Source: Candidatus Bathyarchaeota archaeon
Lineage (GTDB): Archaea; Thermoproteota; Bathyarchaeia; 40CM-2-53-6
Length of the DNA: 64,000 nt
Assembly (NCBI GenBank): GCA_963726255.1
Contig: CAVSBL010000002.1
Location: 2,112,001 to 2,176,000, forward strand
Direction of reading: 5' to 3'
The notes beneath the pieces were generated by a model. That model was not told where the DNA came from. It saw only the letters and a list, made by a program, of their open reading frames with translations, and did no database searches. The translations under genes were made by a program, and so were the position numbers. Of the stretch, positions 1 through 9,213 are shown in pieces. Within the stretch, counting starts at the first letter, position 1; each line of letters starts with the position of its first letter.

Positions 1-1
1 A

Positions 2-169
2 CTGCGTTGGATGAACATTCTCTACGAGCTCGGGCTGCAAAGCAAAGGGACCCTCATGCTCGTCCCGACAAACACCCCCACAGCCGGAGTTTCAATGGGG
101 TTCCCACCGTTAGGCATAGCCAGCATCCGGGACATTACAAGAGATAAGAAAGATCAAAAGACCGATTAG
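2..169 (+). CDS. C-terminal fragment of a probable SPFH/band-7 (slipin/stomatin-like) protein, partial at window edge
   Basis: Manual translation of frame 2 gives LRWMNILYELGLQSKGTLMLVP...KDQKTD*, resembling the stomatin C-terminal LR-x3-L-x-E...T-hydrophobic-P segment. Open from the window start. Confidence 0.55.
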   Translation: MRWMNILYELGLQSKGTLMLVPTNTPTAGVSMGFPPLGIASIRDITRDKKDQKTD

Positions 170-267
170 GTTCCGCTGTAGGTTGCAGGGGAACGTTCCC
201 TCTTGGTTAGTTCTCGATGTCTGACAAGCCTGTCGGTTAGTCGTCCTCCTAATTGGTTGGTTGGCCG

Positions 268-1239
268 ATGAAAATACCACAAAGACTGCTGGATTGGCTA
301 CTGGAACCAAATCAACCAGCCATACGCTGCAGCACATTAATGCATTTACTTGGTTATTCGAGAAATAGCGAAGACGTACGAGAAGCCTATTCCAAGATTC
401 CGAACGTTGGATGGGCGCATGAAATTCTAGCCGGGCAAAGACCCGGAGGTTATTGGGAGTCACGAGAGGATCTTTATCGCCCCAAGTATACTGCGACAAT
501 TTGGAAACTCATAGTTCTCGCCGACTTGGGGTTGACTGCTAAGGACGCTCGAATCCGAAAACCATGCGAATTTTTCCTGAACGAATACGCTCAACCAGAC
601 GGCGGCTTCGACACGCCAAGCGAGTCGCCTAGAAGTGAACTGTGCATCGTGGGGAACCTGGCGAGGACACTTCTCCTCTGTGGGCACGGCGAAGACAAAC
701 GTGTGCTCGCCGCGTTCGATTGGATAGTAGAAAACCAGATGGATGACGGCGGCTGGCATTGCTTCCCCGACAGGGCCCATGGGAGGGGCACCCTTGATTG
801 CTGGGAAGGCCTGAGTGCGTTCGCTGCCCTCCCAAGGAGAAAGTGGACGCGGCGAATCAACCGTTCCGTTGAGAGAGGAGCCGAGTTCTATCTCGAACGG
901 GGACTTTTCAGGGAAGGCCGCCGGCGATATTTGCCATGGTTCCGGTTCCATTACCCAGTCCACTACTACTATGATCTACTCGTAGGACTAGATGTCATCA
1001 CCTGCCTCGGCTATGCGGGTGACAAGCGGCTAAGGGCGGCCCTTCGAATATTGAAGGACAAACGCCGTCCAGATGGCACTTGGGCTCTCGACGCTGTCCA
1101 TCCGGACTTAGGGGTTGGTGCCGGTTATAGGTTCAAGAAGCGACCGAAACATTTTGCGCTAGAGAAGCAAGGAAAACCAAGCAAGTGGATTACATTAACT
1201 GCATTGCGCGTTCTAAAAAGAGTCGAGGAAGCGAATTAG
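268..1239 (+). CDS. prenyltransferase/squalene-oxidase-repeat (alpha/alpha toroid) protein of unknown function
   Basis: Repeated QW-like motifs (QRPGGYW, QPDGGF, QMDDGGW, RRPDGTW); no DxDD cyclase motif seen. ORF track begins at 253; ATG at 268 preferred. Confidence 0.75.
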   Translation: MKIPQRLLDWLLEPNQPAIRCSTLMHLLGYSRNSEDVREAYSKIPNVGWAHEILAGQRPGGYWESREDLYRPKYTATIWKLIVLADLGLTAKDARIRKPCEFFLNEYAQPDGGFDTPSESPRSELCIVGNLARTLLLCGHGEDKRVLAAFDWIVENQMDDGGWHCFPDRAHGRGTLDCWEGLSAFAALPRRKWTRRINRSVERGAEFYLERGLFREGRRRYLPWFRFHYPVHYYYDLLVGLDVITCLGYAGDKRLRAALRILKDKRRPDGTWALDAVHPDLGVGAGYRFKKRPKHFALEKQGKPSKWITLTALRVLKRVEEAN

Positions 1240-1330
1240 AACTAACCGCAACAACTCTGTCTTGCAGAGAATTGCGTTCGACCACTGGAGAGTAGTACTT
1301 GCGGGTTGATACTCCGAATCGCTTCACTGT

Positions 1331-2221
1331 CTAGCGGTGTATCTCGGCCAGGCGAATTAGTTGGTTGATCCGGTAGCGAATTGGTGGGTGGCGGCTCGTA
1401 AGAGTTGAACCCGCACCAAGGATGGAGAGCGTCCCATAAGAGCGCAGGCTGCTTTTCGGAAATGCTTCGTAGATTTTCAATAGCGCAGAGGCAAGAGACA
1501 GTGGCTTGTTTGTGGTGAGGGCGGCAGTTTCATCAGCAACCATCTCCCTCTCCCTGTGGAAGGCCGCTTCCACCATCCGTATGAGTGGGTCCATGGGTAG
1601 CGCTGTCTTGTAAGCTGTAACCAGTGCCTTCAACATAGTATCTGAATTCTTTACATGCGCTAGCTCGTGCGCCAAAACAGCTTCGAGTTCATCTTTCTTC
1701 AAGAGCGAGAGGAGTCTTTCAGATATTACGACCAGTGGTCTATCCGCATCGACGGCGAAGGAGATTGGGGTGCTCATCTCTGAAAGTCGAAGTTCAGCGG
1801 CTGGTACTCCCATTGCTTTTCGTATTGCTTCGAAGGATTCTGCGATGTCACCGCGAGCTACCGTGAGGTTCGTTGCTTTCGCGAGGACAATTTTGGGTGA
1901 AATGTACCGCAGGGAGATTGCGAGCGGGAGTCCGGCGACAACTGCAATCAATACGGCGTTCCCGAAGACAGCCCTTACAGCTGCCTGGGGTTGCAATTCA
2001 TAGGTTTCCCCTGTGGCGTAACACAAGACGAGGCTGATTCCTACGAAAAGCCAAAGAACAATCGAAGAAGCCAACATGAGGCCGAGGCTCCAGGAACGTG
2101 CCCGCGAGCTGCTCGTCCTTCTGAAGAACGAGTAGAGTAACAGAATAATGGCGAGGGGGATTACTATCGACGCAAATGTTCTCCAGTCCGAAAAGTATGC
2201 GCCGTAGATTCCTAATTCCAT
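1331..2221 (-). CDS. membrane zinc metalloprotease, M56/M48 (BlaR1/HtpX-like)
   Basis: Three N-terminal hydrophobic segments, LAHELAH (HExxH), REMVADE, C-terminal HPP..RI; directly downstream of a BlaI-family gene. Confidence 0.85.
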   Translation of the reverse strand: MELGIYGAYFSDWRTFASIVIPLAIILLLYSFFRRTSSSRARSWSLGLMLASSIVLWLFVGISLVLCYATGETYELQPQAAVRAVFGNAVLIAVVAGLPLAISLRYISPKIVLAKATNLTVARGDIAESFEAIRKAMGVPAAELRLSEMSTPISFAVDADRPLVVISERLLSLLKKDELEAVLAHELAHVKNSDTMLKALVTAYKTALPMDPLIRMVEAAFHREREMVADETAALTTNKPLSLASALLKIYEAFPKSSLRSYGTLSILGAGSTLTSRHPPIRYRINQLIRLAEIHR

Positions 2222-2227
2222 TCAGGT

Positions 2228-2602
2228 TTACCTTCGGGCCTTGCTAACTTTCTTCTTGAGTTCAGCCGTGTCGTCCTTCGAAATTTGGTCGAGGCTATCA
2301 TAAATTGTGGGAACGACGGATGGCCCAAAGGCGCTGACGAGTTGATTCAGTGCTCTCTGAACTAGGCTAGCTCGCACCTCTGCAGGTGCTGCGTAAGAGT
2401 AAACATACTTGGCCCCGCCCCTCGCAACCATTTTGGAACGTTTCACTAACCCCTTCTTGTATAGGCGGCCCAGGACTGTGCTCACAGTTGTGTAAGCGAC
2501 CGGCCTCTGTGCGCCAATCTCCGACATAATCTCCCTTGCAGAAGCCTTTCCAAGCTTCTGAATCGCACCCAAGATTTCTGCCTGTAGGTCGCCCAGTGAC
2601 AT
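2228..2602 (-). CDS. BlaI/MecI/CopY family transcriptional repressor
   Basis: LGDLQAEIL...AYTTVSTVLGRLYKKGLVKR...YVY signature, 124 aa; SD-like AGGT before the downstream M56 gene. Confidence 0.9.
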   Translation of the reverse strand: MSLGDLQAEILGAIQKLGKASAREIMSEIGAQRPVAYTTVSTVLGRLYKKGLVKRSKMVARGGAKYVYSYAAPAEVRASLVQRALNQLVSAFGPSVVPTIYDSLDQISKDDTAELKKKVSKARR

Positions 2603-2617
2603 TGTTCATCAGCAAGC

Positions 2618-2633
2618 TACTATGCTCGTAGTA
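2618..2633. promoter_or_regulatory. candidate BlaI-type operator (TACTA-N6-TAGTA)
   Basis: tactatgctcgtagta palindrome 16-31 nt upstream of the repressor ATG, just downstream of a TTTTTAGT TATA-like box on the minus strand. Confidence 0.55.
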
Positions 2634-2751
2634 ACTAAAAACAAGCGCAACCCCTGTTAAAGAGGTTTCTTCCTTCCTATCGGCCCTGCTCTAGGCGCGG
2701 CTGTTAGAAGAAAACCATAGTAGCCGCAATTGGTTTGCTAAGAGCGGAGGT

Positions 2752-3669
2752 TTGAACATGAGGTTCGGCGTCTGTATACCCAATTATGGGGAGACCACTT
2801 CCGTAGATGGTTTGCGAACGGTAGCTGTTGAAGCTGAAAGGATGGGCTACGATTCTGTCTGGACCACGGATCATCTACTCATGCCCACCCAGAGCGGGAC
2901 GCCTTACGAGAGAATTTTTGAAAGCGTCACCGGCCTAGCGTACCTTGCCTCAGTCACAAGCACCGTGAAGCTCGGTATCTCCTCGTTGATTATGGCGATG
3001 CGCAACCCCGCCGTTGTAGTCAAGCAACTTGCCACAATCGACCTTTTCAGCGGCGGCAGAGTCATGCTGGCCACAAGCGCGGGCTGGAACGAAAGCGAGT
3101 TTCAGCATTTAGGCTCAAACTTCCACGACAGGGGCAGACGGCTCGACGAATCAATCAAGCTCATCAGGGCGTTATGGAACAACGCCTCCGGTGCCAAGTT
3201 TGAAAGCAAGAAGATTCCACACAAGTTCACCAATCCAAAGTTCGAGCCTCGGCCAATTCAAAAGAGACTCACAATTTGGATCGCCGGAAACGGCAAAGCA
3301 GCAATGAAACGGGCAGCAACACTCGGAGATGCTTGGCACCCGAACGTCACGCCGCTCGATACATTCAGGAGCCTTGTCTCAGAATTTCGGAATATCCCTG
3401 AAGCGAAGGGCAAGGACATATGCGTCCGTATCGGCCTAAACCCGAAGGCAACAGAATCAGAATACGTAAGCCCCCAAGGGGAACGCAGGCTACTACTTTC
3501 AGGCAACATGGCTGAAAACAAGAACACGGTAACCGAACTTGAAAAGCTCGGAGTCACACATATGCTCGTCACCCCAAGCCCAGACGGAAAGGTGCCAATT
3601 CCAGATCAAGTGCTGAACTTAAGGGCCCTGTCAGAAGTCTTCATCAGAAAATCAAGTTACATCGGATAA
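2752..3669 (+). CDS. LLM-class (probably F420-dependent) oxidoreductase
   Basis: AERMGYDSVWTTDH, LAYLASVTSTVKLG, DLFSGGR, GWNESEF, RGRRLDE, IWIAG motifs of luciferase-like monooxygenase family. Confidence 0.9.
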   Translation: MNMRFGVCIPNYGETTSVDGLRTVAVEAERMGYDSVWTTDHLLMPTQSGTPYERIFESVTGLAYLASVTSTVKLGISSLIMAMRNPAVVVKQLATIDLFSGGRVMLATSAGWNESEFQHLGSNFHDRGRRLDESIKLIRALWNNASGAKFESKKIPHKFTNPKFEPRPIQKRLTIWIAGNGKAAMKRAATLGDAWHPNVTPLDTFRSLVSEFRNIPEAKGKDICVRIGLNPKATESEYVSPQGERRLLLSGNMAENKNTVTELEKLGVTHMLVTPSPDGKVPIPDQVLNLRALSEVFIRKSSYIG

Positions 3670-3722
3670 ATGCGGTTTAGCTGTACAAGTGTTCTAGTTA
3701 ATGCTTAAATGCGGCATATCCG

Positions 3723-3737
3723 ACTACGCATCGTAGT
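3723..3737. promoter_or_regulatory. second candidate BlaI-type operator (ACTAC-N5-GTAGT)
   Basis: actacgcatcgtagt palindrome between a CTTAAAT TATA-like box (3704-3710) and the TTG start at 3737. Confidence 0.4.
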
Positions 3738-4135
3738 TGGTTTTCTTGAAGGCTCCTAGTATACTCGCCGTGCTAGTCTTGGTGGATGCGTTACTGATGG
3801 CTTACGGTCATGTCCCTATAATCCGCGCGATCTTCTTCTCTCTCCCGGTAGGGGGATACTTTCTCTTCGCCACCGTCGCGTATATCCTCGGCGGTATCTT
3901 CGTAGTGGCGAATAGGCTATTCAAATTATCAATTGTGGGGCTCGTGGTTTTGGCGGTAGTGGACAACCTGCTTCTCATCTACACGAGAACTATGCCCAAC
4001 ATCTTCTTCCATAGAATGATACCGTGGTCGTGGGATTGGGTCCCACTCGGCACAGTTCAAGTTCTGGTTGGGCAGGTTATCCTGATCGTGCTCTGCGCAA
4101 TCCTCTACAGAACAAGACGGTCATCCGCGAAGTGA
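3737..4135 (+). CDS. small integral membrane protein (about 4 TM), unknown function
   Basis: 132 aa with four hydrophobic stretches, basic C-terminus and an upstream TATA-like box. Confidence 0.7.
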   Translation: MVFLKAPSILAVLVLVDALLMAYGHVPIIRAIFFSLPVGGYFLFATVAYILGGIFVVANRLFKLSIVGLVVLAVVDNLLLIYTRTMPNIFFHRMIPWSWDWVPLGTVQVLVGQVILIVLCAILYRTRRSSAK

Positions 4136-4233
4136 AGGCCCTACCTTCGACTTGAGCCCAGTCAAACTGGTCCATAGCTAATGACATTAATTCTCCTCGG
4201 AGTAACATGTTTTCCACACAAAACTACACCACC

Positions 4234-4273
4234 CCACCCCCCTCAGGGGTGGAGCCACCCGATGAGGGGTGGC
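4234..4273. repeat. tandem GC-rich hairpins between convergent genes
   Basis: ccacccc-cctca-ggggtgg (4234-4252) and gccaccc-gatgag-gggtggc (4254-4273), related to each other as direct repeats. Confidence 0.55.
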
Positions 4274-4399
4274 ACCATTTGGCACCCCCACTTCAGGCAG
4301 AATAACGCCGCAAAATCAACCCCGCTTGACTCAGAAAACTGCACCGCCCCCCTACCCACTTCCGCAAGCGTGCGCGCGATAATTCTGCGCAGCCTAGGT

Positions 4400-5236
4400 T
4401 TAGCTTGACTTTGTTATCTCTCGTTCGGCGATTGAGAGTGGCTTCCCAGTCGCCCCCTTTCTCCGCATTATTATTTCAGCCATCGTGCTAACAGCAATTT
4501 CACCGGGAGTTTCGGCACCAATATCCAAACCAATGGGTGTCACTACCCGTCGAAGCAAGTCCTCGGAGATCTTCTCTCTCCTCAACTTGCCCAGAATCGC
4601 TTTCGCCTTGGATTCGCTTGAAATCATTCCAATGTACGCCGCCTTTGACCCGATAACCGTCCTTAGGGCCAGCTCATCGAATTCGCCAGCATACGTCAAA
4701 ATTACCACATACGTATGCTCATCAATTGGAACTTCCCTCAACGCTTTCCCCCAGTCATCAACGATGAGCTTGTCCGCCTCCGGAAATCTTTCCTTGGTCG
4801 CGTATTCGACTCGGTCATCGACGACGATTACCCTGAACCCAAGCATTTTCCCCAGCGTAGCCATGGGCTGGGCGACGTGGCCTGCCCCGGCTAGGATCAG
4901 TGTTTCGCGGGCCGGGAAGACATTGATGAAGCAGGTTATGACGCCTGCGCAGACGGGCAGGGGCATCTTGACGGTTCGTGGTTTTCCATCTTTTATCGCT
5001 TGGATGGCTTGGTCGATTAGTTGCAGTTCAGCGATGGCTCCGCCGACAGTTCCAATCACCCTGCCCTCGCTAGTTACAAGCATTGAGGAACCGAGGTGGC
5101 GTGCGCTCGACCCTTCTTGGCCGATAATGGTTACCCATGCGAACGCCTTCGACGCTTCGATCAGCTTGTTGGCTTCTTGAACAATCTCCGCGTCCGACGC
5201 TATGGGTTGATGTTTCAACTCTTTTTCTTCTCCCAC
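4400..5236 (-). CDS. xdhC: XdhC/CoxI family Mo-cofactor insertion chaperone
   Basis: GSSAR..G.SM, GTVGG, CAG, GAGHVA, VVDDR, YIGMI, PIGLDIGAETPGEIAVS; follows the Mo subunit gene. Confidence 0.92.
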   Translation of the reverse strand: MGEEKELKHQPIASDAEIVQEANKLIEASKAFAWVTIIGQEGSSARHLGSSMLVTSEGRVIGTVGGAIAELQLIDQAIQAIKDGKPRTVKMPLPVCAGVITCFINVFPARETLILAGAGHVAQPMATLGKMLGFRVIVVDDRVEYATKERFPEADKLIVDDWGKALREVPIDEHTYVVILTYAGEFDELALRTVIGSKAAYIGMISSESKAKAILGKLRREKISEDLLRRVVTPIGLDIGAETPGEIAVSTMAEIIMRRKGATGKPLSIAEREITKSS

Positions 5237-5238
5237 GC

Positions 5239-7569
5239 CTACTTCTTGGCTTCTCGCGCCATCTTGTAAGCTGCCAATACCCTGTCCGGTAAAGTTGGTA
5301 TTTCGTAAAGCCTAACGCCTAGCGCATTATCAATCGCGTTCACAATAGCTGGGGCCGGTAGAACTATCGGTGGTTCCCCTATCGCTTTCGCGCCGTACGG
5401 GCCTAACGGTCCCGGGTATTCTATAATCATCGTTTTGATTTCAGGGATATCGAGTGATGTGGGTATGTAGTAATCTGCAAGGTTGGGGTTGACGACGATA
5501 CCGTCTTTGTGGACTAGGTCTTCCATTATCGCGTAACCCAGTCCTTGCACGGTGCCCCCTTCGATTTGGCCTATGAGGGACAGCGGGTTGATGGCTTTGC
5601 CAATATCATACGCCGCGACCATTCTCTCAACCTGCACCTTGCCAGTCTCAGTGTCAACCTCCACTTCAGCCGTGACCGCCCCGTACGTGTATTGCAAGTA
5701 TGTCGTGCCTTGGCTTGTTTCAGGGTCGTATTCGCATTTGGGTGCGGTGAATGTTCCAGCCTCCTTCAGCTGGACGCTGTGCTTGTAGGCGTATTCAATC
5801 AATTCGTGGTAAGTGACGGAGCGTTGGGTTTTCGATTTCTGGTAATATTTTGCGTCGGCTGATTCAACTTCCTTGGCGGCGCAATCTAACATTTCCGCCG
5901 CGACCTCGATTAGCTTCTGGTTTAGCGTGCCGGCTACCATCTGGGTGGCGCGGCCACCGATGGTAATCGTTCGCGAAGCAACTGTCGGGCCAGTGTCCTT
6001 GCAGAAATCTGTGTCGGGTGCTTCGAGCCTGAAGTAGTCTACGGGGAGGTGCATGGTTTCCGCTGCGATCTGCATGAGGCCGGATAGTGCTCCAGTTCCG
6101 TATTCCGTGAGTCCCGTCCTAAACCTAACCAGTCCGTCTCGGTCGATTTGCATGTGAACTGCTGCGTAGTCGTTTCCTTCTGGTCCTAGACTGTTTCCGT
6201 GGTAGATGATGGCGATGCCTAGGCCTCGCCGTTTGGTTCCAGTTATGTTAGCGAACTCTTTGCGCTTGCGGTACCAGTCCGATTCCTTTACCGACTTGCT
6301 AATGCATTCTTCAAGCCCGCATGCTTCGTCGACGACTTGGCTCGTAGCCGTCAAGCTTCCAGGTCTCAAGATGTTCAGGAGGCGGAAGTCTACTGGGTCC
6401 ATGGCGAGTTTCTTTGCAATCTCGTCTACGAGTGACTCAGCCGCGAAGTGCGCTTGCGGTCCTCCGAAGCCTCTGAAGGAGCCGGCCATGGTGTTGTTCG
6501 TGTAGACGCAGTAGGCGTCGGTTTTCACATTCGGGATAACGTACGGGCCTGTCGCATGGAAGCATGCACGGATGACTACGAGTGGGCCTAGGGAGGCGTA
6601 TGCTCCTGTGTCCGCGAGCATGGTAGTTTCCCAAGCCGTGAACTTCCCATTCTTATCCACGCCCGCCTTCAATGTCGTGACGAAGGGGTGGCGTTTTGTG
6701 TGCCCAATCATGGATTCTTCTCGCGTGTAAGCTAGCGCCGCGGGTTTTCGGGTTTTTATGGCTACTAAGGCGGCCATGCCTAAGACGTCGACTGGTATCT
6801 CATCGGATTTTGGTCCGAAGGCGCCGCCCGTAACGGCTTGGATGACGCGAACTTGTTCGGGCCGCAGCGAGAGTATCTTGGCTATGCCTGTTTGGACGTG
6901 GAAGGGGCTCTGGATCGAGCCGACGCAGGTTACTGACCCATCGGGTTCTGGAACGACGAAGCCAGCTTCGGGTTCTAGCGGGACGGGTTCTTGGAATTGG
7001 CTCTTGTAAGTGCGTTCAACGATCAGGTTCGCCCGTTTGAAGCCTTCCTCCGCATTGCCCTTTCGCAATTTCATGTGCTTGGCAATGTTTCCGTTCTTGT
7101 GAATTTTCGGCGCGTCTGGTTTAATGGCATCTACGGGAGAGAAGACTGCTGGAAGGGGTTCGTATTCCACCTTCACCAGGTCAACTGCTTCTTCAGCAAC
7201 GGACGGATCGTAGGAGGCGATGGCTGCGATTGGTTCCCCGGCAAAGCGCACCCTGTCTGTTGCGAACAGTGGCTTGTCGGGGAGCAGGGCGGTCGATTCG
7301 TTAATGCCTGGTATATCATGTGCTGTGACAACTCCGGCAACGCCCGGATACTTCCGGGCCTCCGTAACGTCCACCATTTTCAGGAGTGCATGCGGGACGC
7401 TTGACCTGACGACTTTCAAGTAGAGGGCGTTTTCTGGGACGATGTCCATTGTGTAGATTGGTTTCCCAAGCACTTTATCAACGGAGTCGAGTCGTTGGAT
7501 GCTTTTGCCCACAACTAGTAGTTGCCTGCTCCTGGTAAGTTTCTCTACTGCCGCGTGGTCATCGACCAT
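5239..7569 (-). CDS. xanthine dehydrogenase family molybdopterin-binding subunit (copy A)
   Basis: 776 aa; VRFAGEPIAA, GGAFGPK, GSFRGFGGPQ, TVASR, QIEGG, AKAIGEPP with the catalytic Glu. Confidence 0.95.
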   Translation of the reverse strand: MVDDHAAVEKLTRSRQLLVVGKSIQRLDSVDKVLGKPIYTMDIVPENALYLKVVRSSVPHALLKMVDVTEARKYPGVAGVVTAHDIPGINESTALLPDKPLFATDRVRFAGEPIAAIASYDPSVAEEAVDLVKVEYEPLPAVFSPVDAIKPDAPKIHKNGNIAKHMKLRKGNAEEGFKRANLIVERTYKSQFQEPVPLEPEAGFVVPEPDGSVTCVGSIQSPFHVQTGIAKILSLRPEQVRVIQAVTGGAFGPKSDEIPVDVLGMAALVAIKTRKPAALAYTREESMIGHTKRHPFVTTLKAGVDKNGKFTAWETTMLADTGAYASLGPLVVIRACFHATGPYVIPNVKTDAYCVYTNNTMAGSFRGFGGPQAHFAAESLVDEIAKKLAMDPVDFRLLNILRPGSLTATSQVVDEACGLEECISKSVKESDWYRKRKEFANITGTKRRGLGIAIIYHGNSLGPEGNDYAAVHMQIDRDGLVRFRTGLTEYGTGALSGLMQIAAETMHLPVDYFRLEAPDTDFCKDTGPTVASRTITIGGRATQMVAGTLNQKLIEVAAEMLDCAAKEVESADAKYYQKSKTQRSVTYHELIEYAYKHSVQLKEAGTFTAPKCEYDPETSQGTTYLQYTYGAVTAEVEVDTETGKVQVERMVAAYDIGKAINPLSLIGQIEGGTVQGLGYAIMEDLVHKDGIVVNPNLADYYIPTSLDIPEIKTMIIEYPGPLGPYGAKAIGEPPIVLPAPAIVNAIDNALGVRLYEIPTLPDRVLAAYKMAREAKK

Positions 7570-7575
7570 TAGCTC

Positions 7576-8034
7576 TTACCCCTTCATTTCCTCGGCCGCC
7601 GCTTGCACCGCCTCAAAGATTTTCAAGTAGCCTGTGCAGCGGCATAGAATTCCACTCGTCGCTCTCCTGATCTGATCCTGGGTAGGGTTCGGGTTCTTGT
7701 CGAGAAGGTTCTTTGCGGCCAAAATCATGGCCGGGATGCAATATCCACACTGAGAGGCGTTCCATTCCATGAATGCTCGTTGTACCGGATGTAGTTTCTC
7801 GGCAGTTCCAATTCCTTCAATGGTCTCGATGCTCTTGTTCCTGGCCTGTATGGCAAAAATCAAACACGAGTTAACAAGCTTCCCATCCATCAGCACGCCA
7901 CAAATGCCACAGTCACCAGTGCTGCAACCTTCCTTGGTTCCCTTCAACCCCAACCTGTTCCGAAGGACATCCAATAATCGTTCGTGTGATTCCACGACCA
8001 GAGCATAGTCTTTGCCGTTGACTGTGAATTTCAA
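7576..8034 (-). CDS. 2Fe-2S subunit (CoxS/XdhC-type small subunit), copy A
   Basis: GTKEGCSTGDCGIC, NSC, QCGYC, LCRCTGY. Confidence 0.95.
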   Translation of the reverse strand: MKFTVNGKDYALVVESHERLLDVLRNRLGLKGTKEGCSTGDCGICGVLMDGKLVNSCLIFAIQARNKSIETIEGIGTAEKLHPVQRAFMEWNASQCGYCIPAMILAAKNLLDKNPNPTQDQIRRATSGILCRCTGYLKIFEAVQAAAEEMKG

Positions 8035-8041
8035 CAGATGC

Positions 8042-8929
8042 TTAGCCAGAGTTGTTCTCTCCTAGCAATGTGTTCGTGCTTCTGCCCAGGGCTCGTCTGA
8101 ACAGCACACATGCGACATCCGTGCGGTAGTCCCCTGAAACTCTAAAGTCCGAACTGAGCTTCAACTCACTCCTCAACGCAGAGACCGCGCCCTCGACCGC
8201 TTCAGCACTCAACACTCGTCCGCGTAGCTTTTCTTCGGTTCTTCTTGCCCGTTCAGGTATCTTTCCGCCCACCCGATTGAAAGCGATTCGAATCTCCTCG
8301 ACGAGTCTAGTCTCACTCTTCGCCTTGAGGTATACAGCGCAGTTGACAAACGCTATGATTAGTGAATTCCTCATCCCGATCTTTTCGAATGCGCATGCAG
8401 AGTGTTCATCGAGTGCCTTGAACATGGTCTCAACGAGAATTTCGTTTGGTCTTAGGTCGCTTGCCCGTTTGCCCTTCAGAAAATCCTCAAGCCGCATCAC
8501 GCGTTCTCCATTTGTGCTGCGCACGCGAACTTGGGCGTCAAGAACGAGGAGTACGGGTAAGAGGTCTTCAGAGGATGAGGCAGCGCAGATGTTGCCGCCT
8601 ACGGTTGCCACGTTAATTATCGCCGGTCCACCGAACTTCGCGGCAACTTCACGGAAAACCTCATGTCGTAAGTCTATGACGGGGGAATCGCTAAGGTCAG
8701 AGATTGTTGTGAGTGCTCCAATCCTGATTGCGTTTCCCTCTTTTTTCACGTAATTGAATTCCTTTAAGCCGGAAAGGTCGACCAGCGTTTTGGGGTTGAT
8801 CTGTCGGCGTTGAATTCGGCTGATAAGGTCGCTTCCGTTCGCTATCAAGTGGACTCCGGACTGGTGGGTGTCTAAGTAGTGGAGTAGGTCGGGTAGGTCC
8901 TCTGGGACGTACATGTCAAACCTGCGCAC
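8042..8929 (-). CDS. FAD-binding subunit (CoxM/XdhB-type), copy A
   Basis: ANGSDL, IRIGALTT, ATVGGNI, DFRVSGDYR. Confidence 0.93.
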   Translation of the reverse strand: MRRFDMYVPEDLPDLLHYLDTHQSGVHLIANGSDLISRIQRRQINPKTLVDLSGLKEFNYVKKEGNAIRIGALTTISDLSDSPVIDLRHEVFREVAAKFGGPAIINVATVGGNICAASSSEDLLPVLLVLDAQVRVRSTNGERVMRLEDFLKGKRASDLRPNEILVETMFKALDEHSACAFEKIGMRNSLIIAFVNCAVYLKAKSETRLVEEIRIAFNRVGGKIPERARRTEEKLRGRVLSAEAVEGAVSALRSELKLSSDFRVSGDYRTDVACVLFRRALGRSTNTLLGENNSG

Positions 8930-8937
8930 CTACTCCT

Positions 8938-9213
8938 TCACCCACCTGCTGCTGCTGGAACCAATAACACTAGGTCGCCGTCATTTAGCTTCTGGGAAAG
9001 GTTAGGCGGATTTTGAACCATGTTGTTAACATAGAACAGCAAGTACCCTCGAACTTGCCCTTGAGAGTCGAAGATTAGGTCCTTCACGGCCTCGCTCCTG
9101 TGGATGAGCGTCTGAAGCACCTCGTTTAGGGTGTTAGCTTCGAGCTCGAGTTCACTCTCCCCAACGCTCGAACGGAGTTCATGGAATAGTCTAACTCTGA
9201 CTCTCGCTCGCAA
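8938..9213 (-). CDS. MoaD/ThiS/SAMP family ubiquitin-like sulfur carrier
   Basis: VRVRLFHELR...YVNN...LNDGDLVLLVPAAAGG with C-terminal GG. TTG start at 9213 inferred, overlapping the end of the upstream Mo subunit gene. Confidence 0.88.
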   Translation of the reverse strand: MRARVRVRLFHELRSSVGESELELEANTLNEVLQTLIHRSEAVKDLIFDSQGQVRGYLLFYVNNMVQNPPNLSQKLNDGDLVLLVPAAAGG

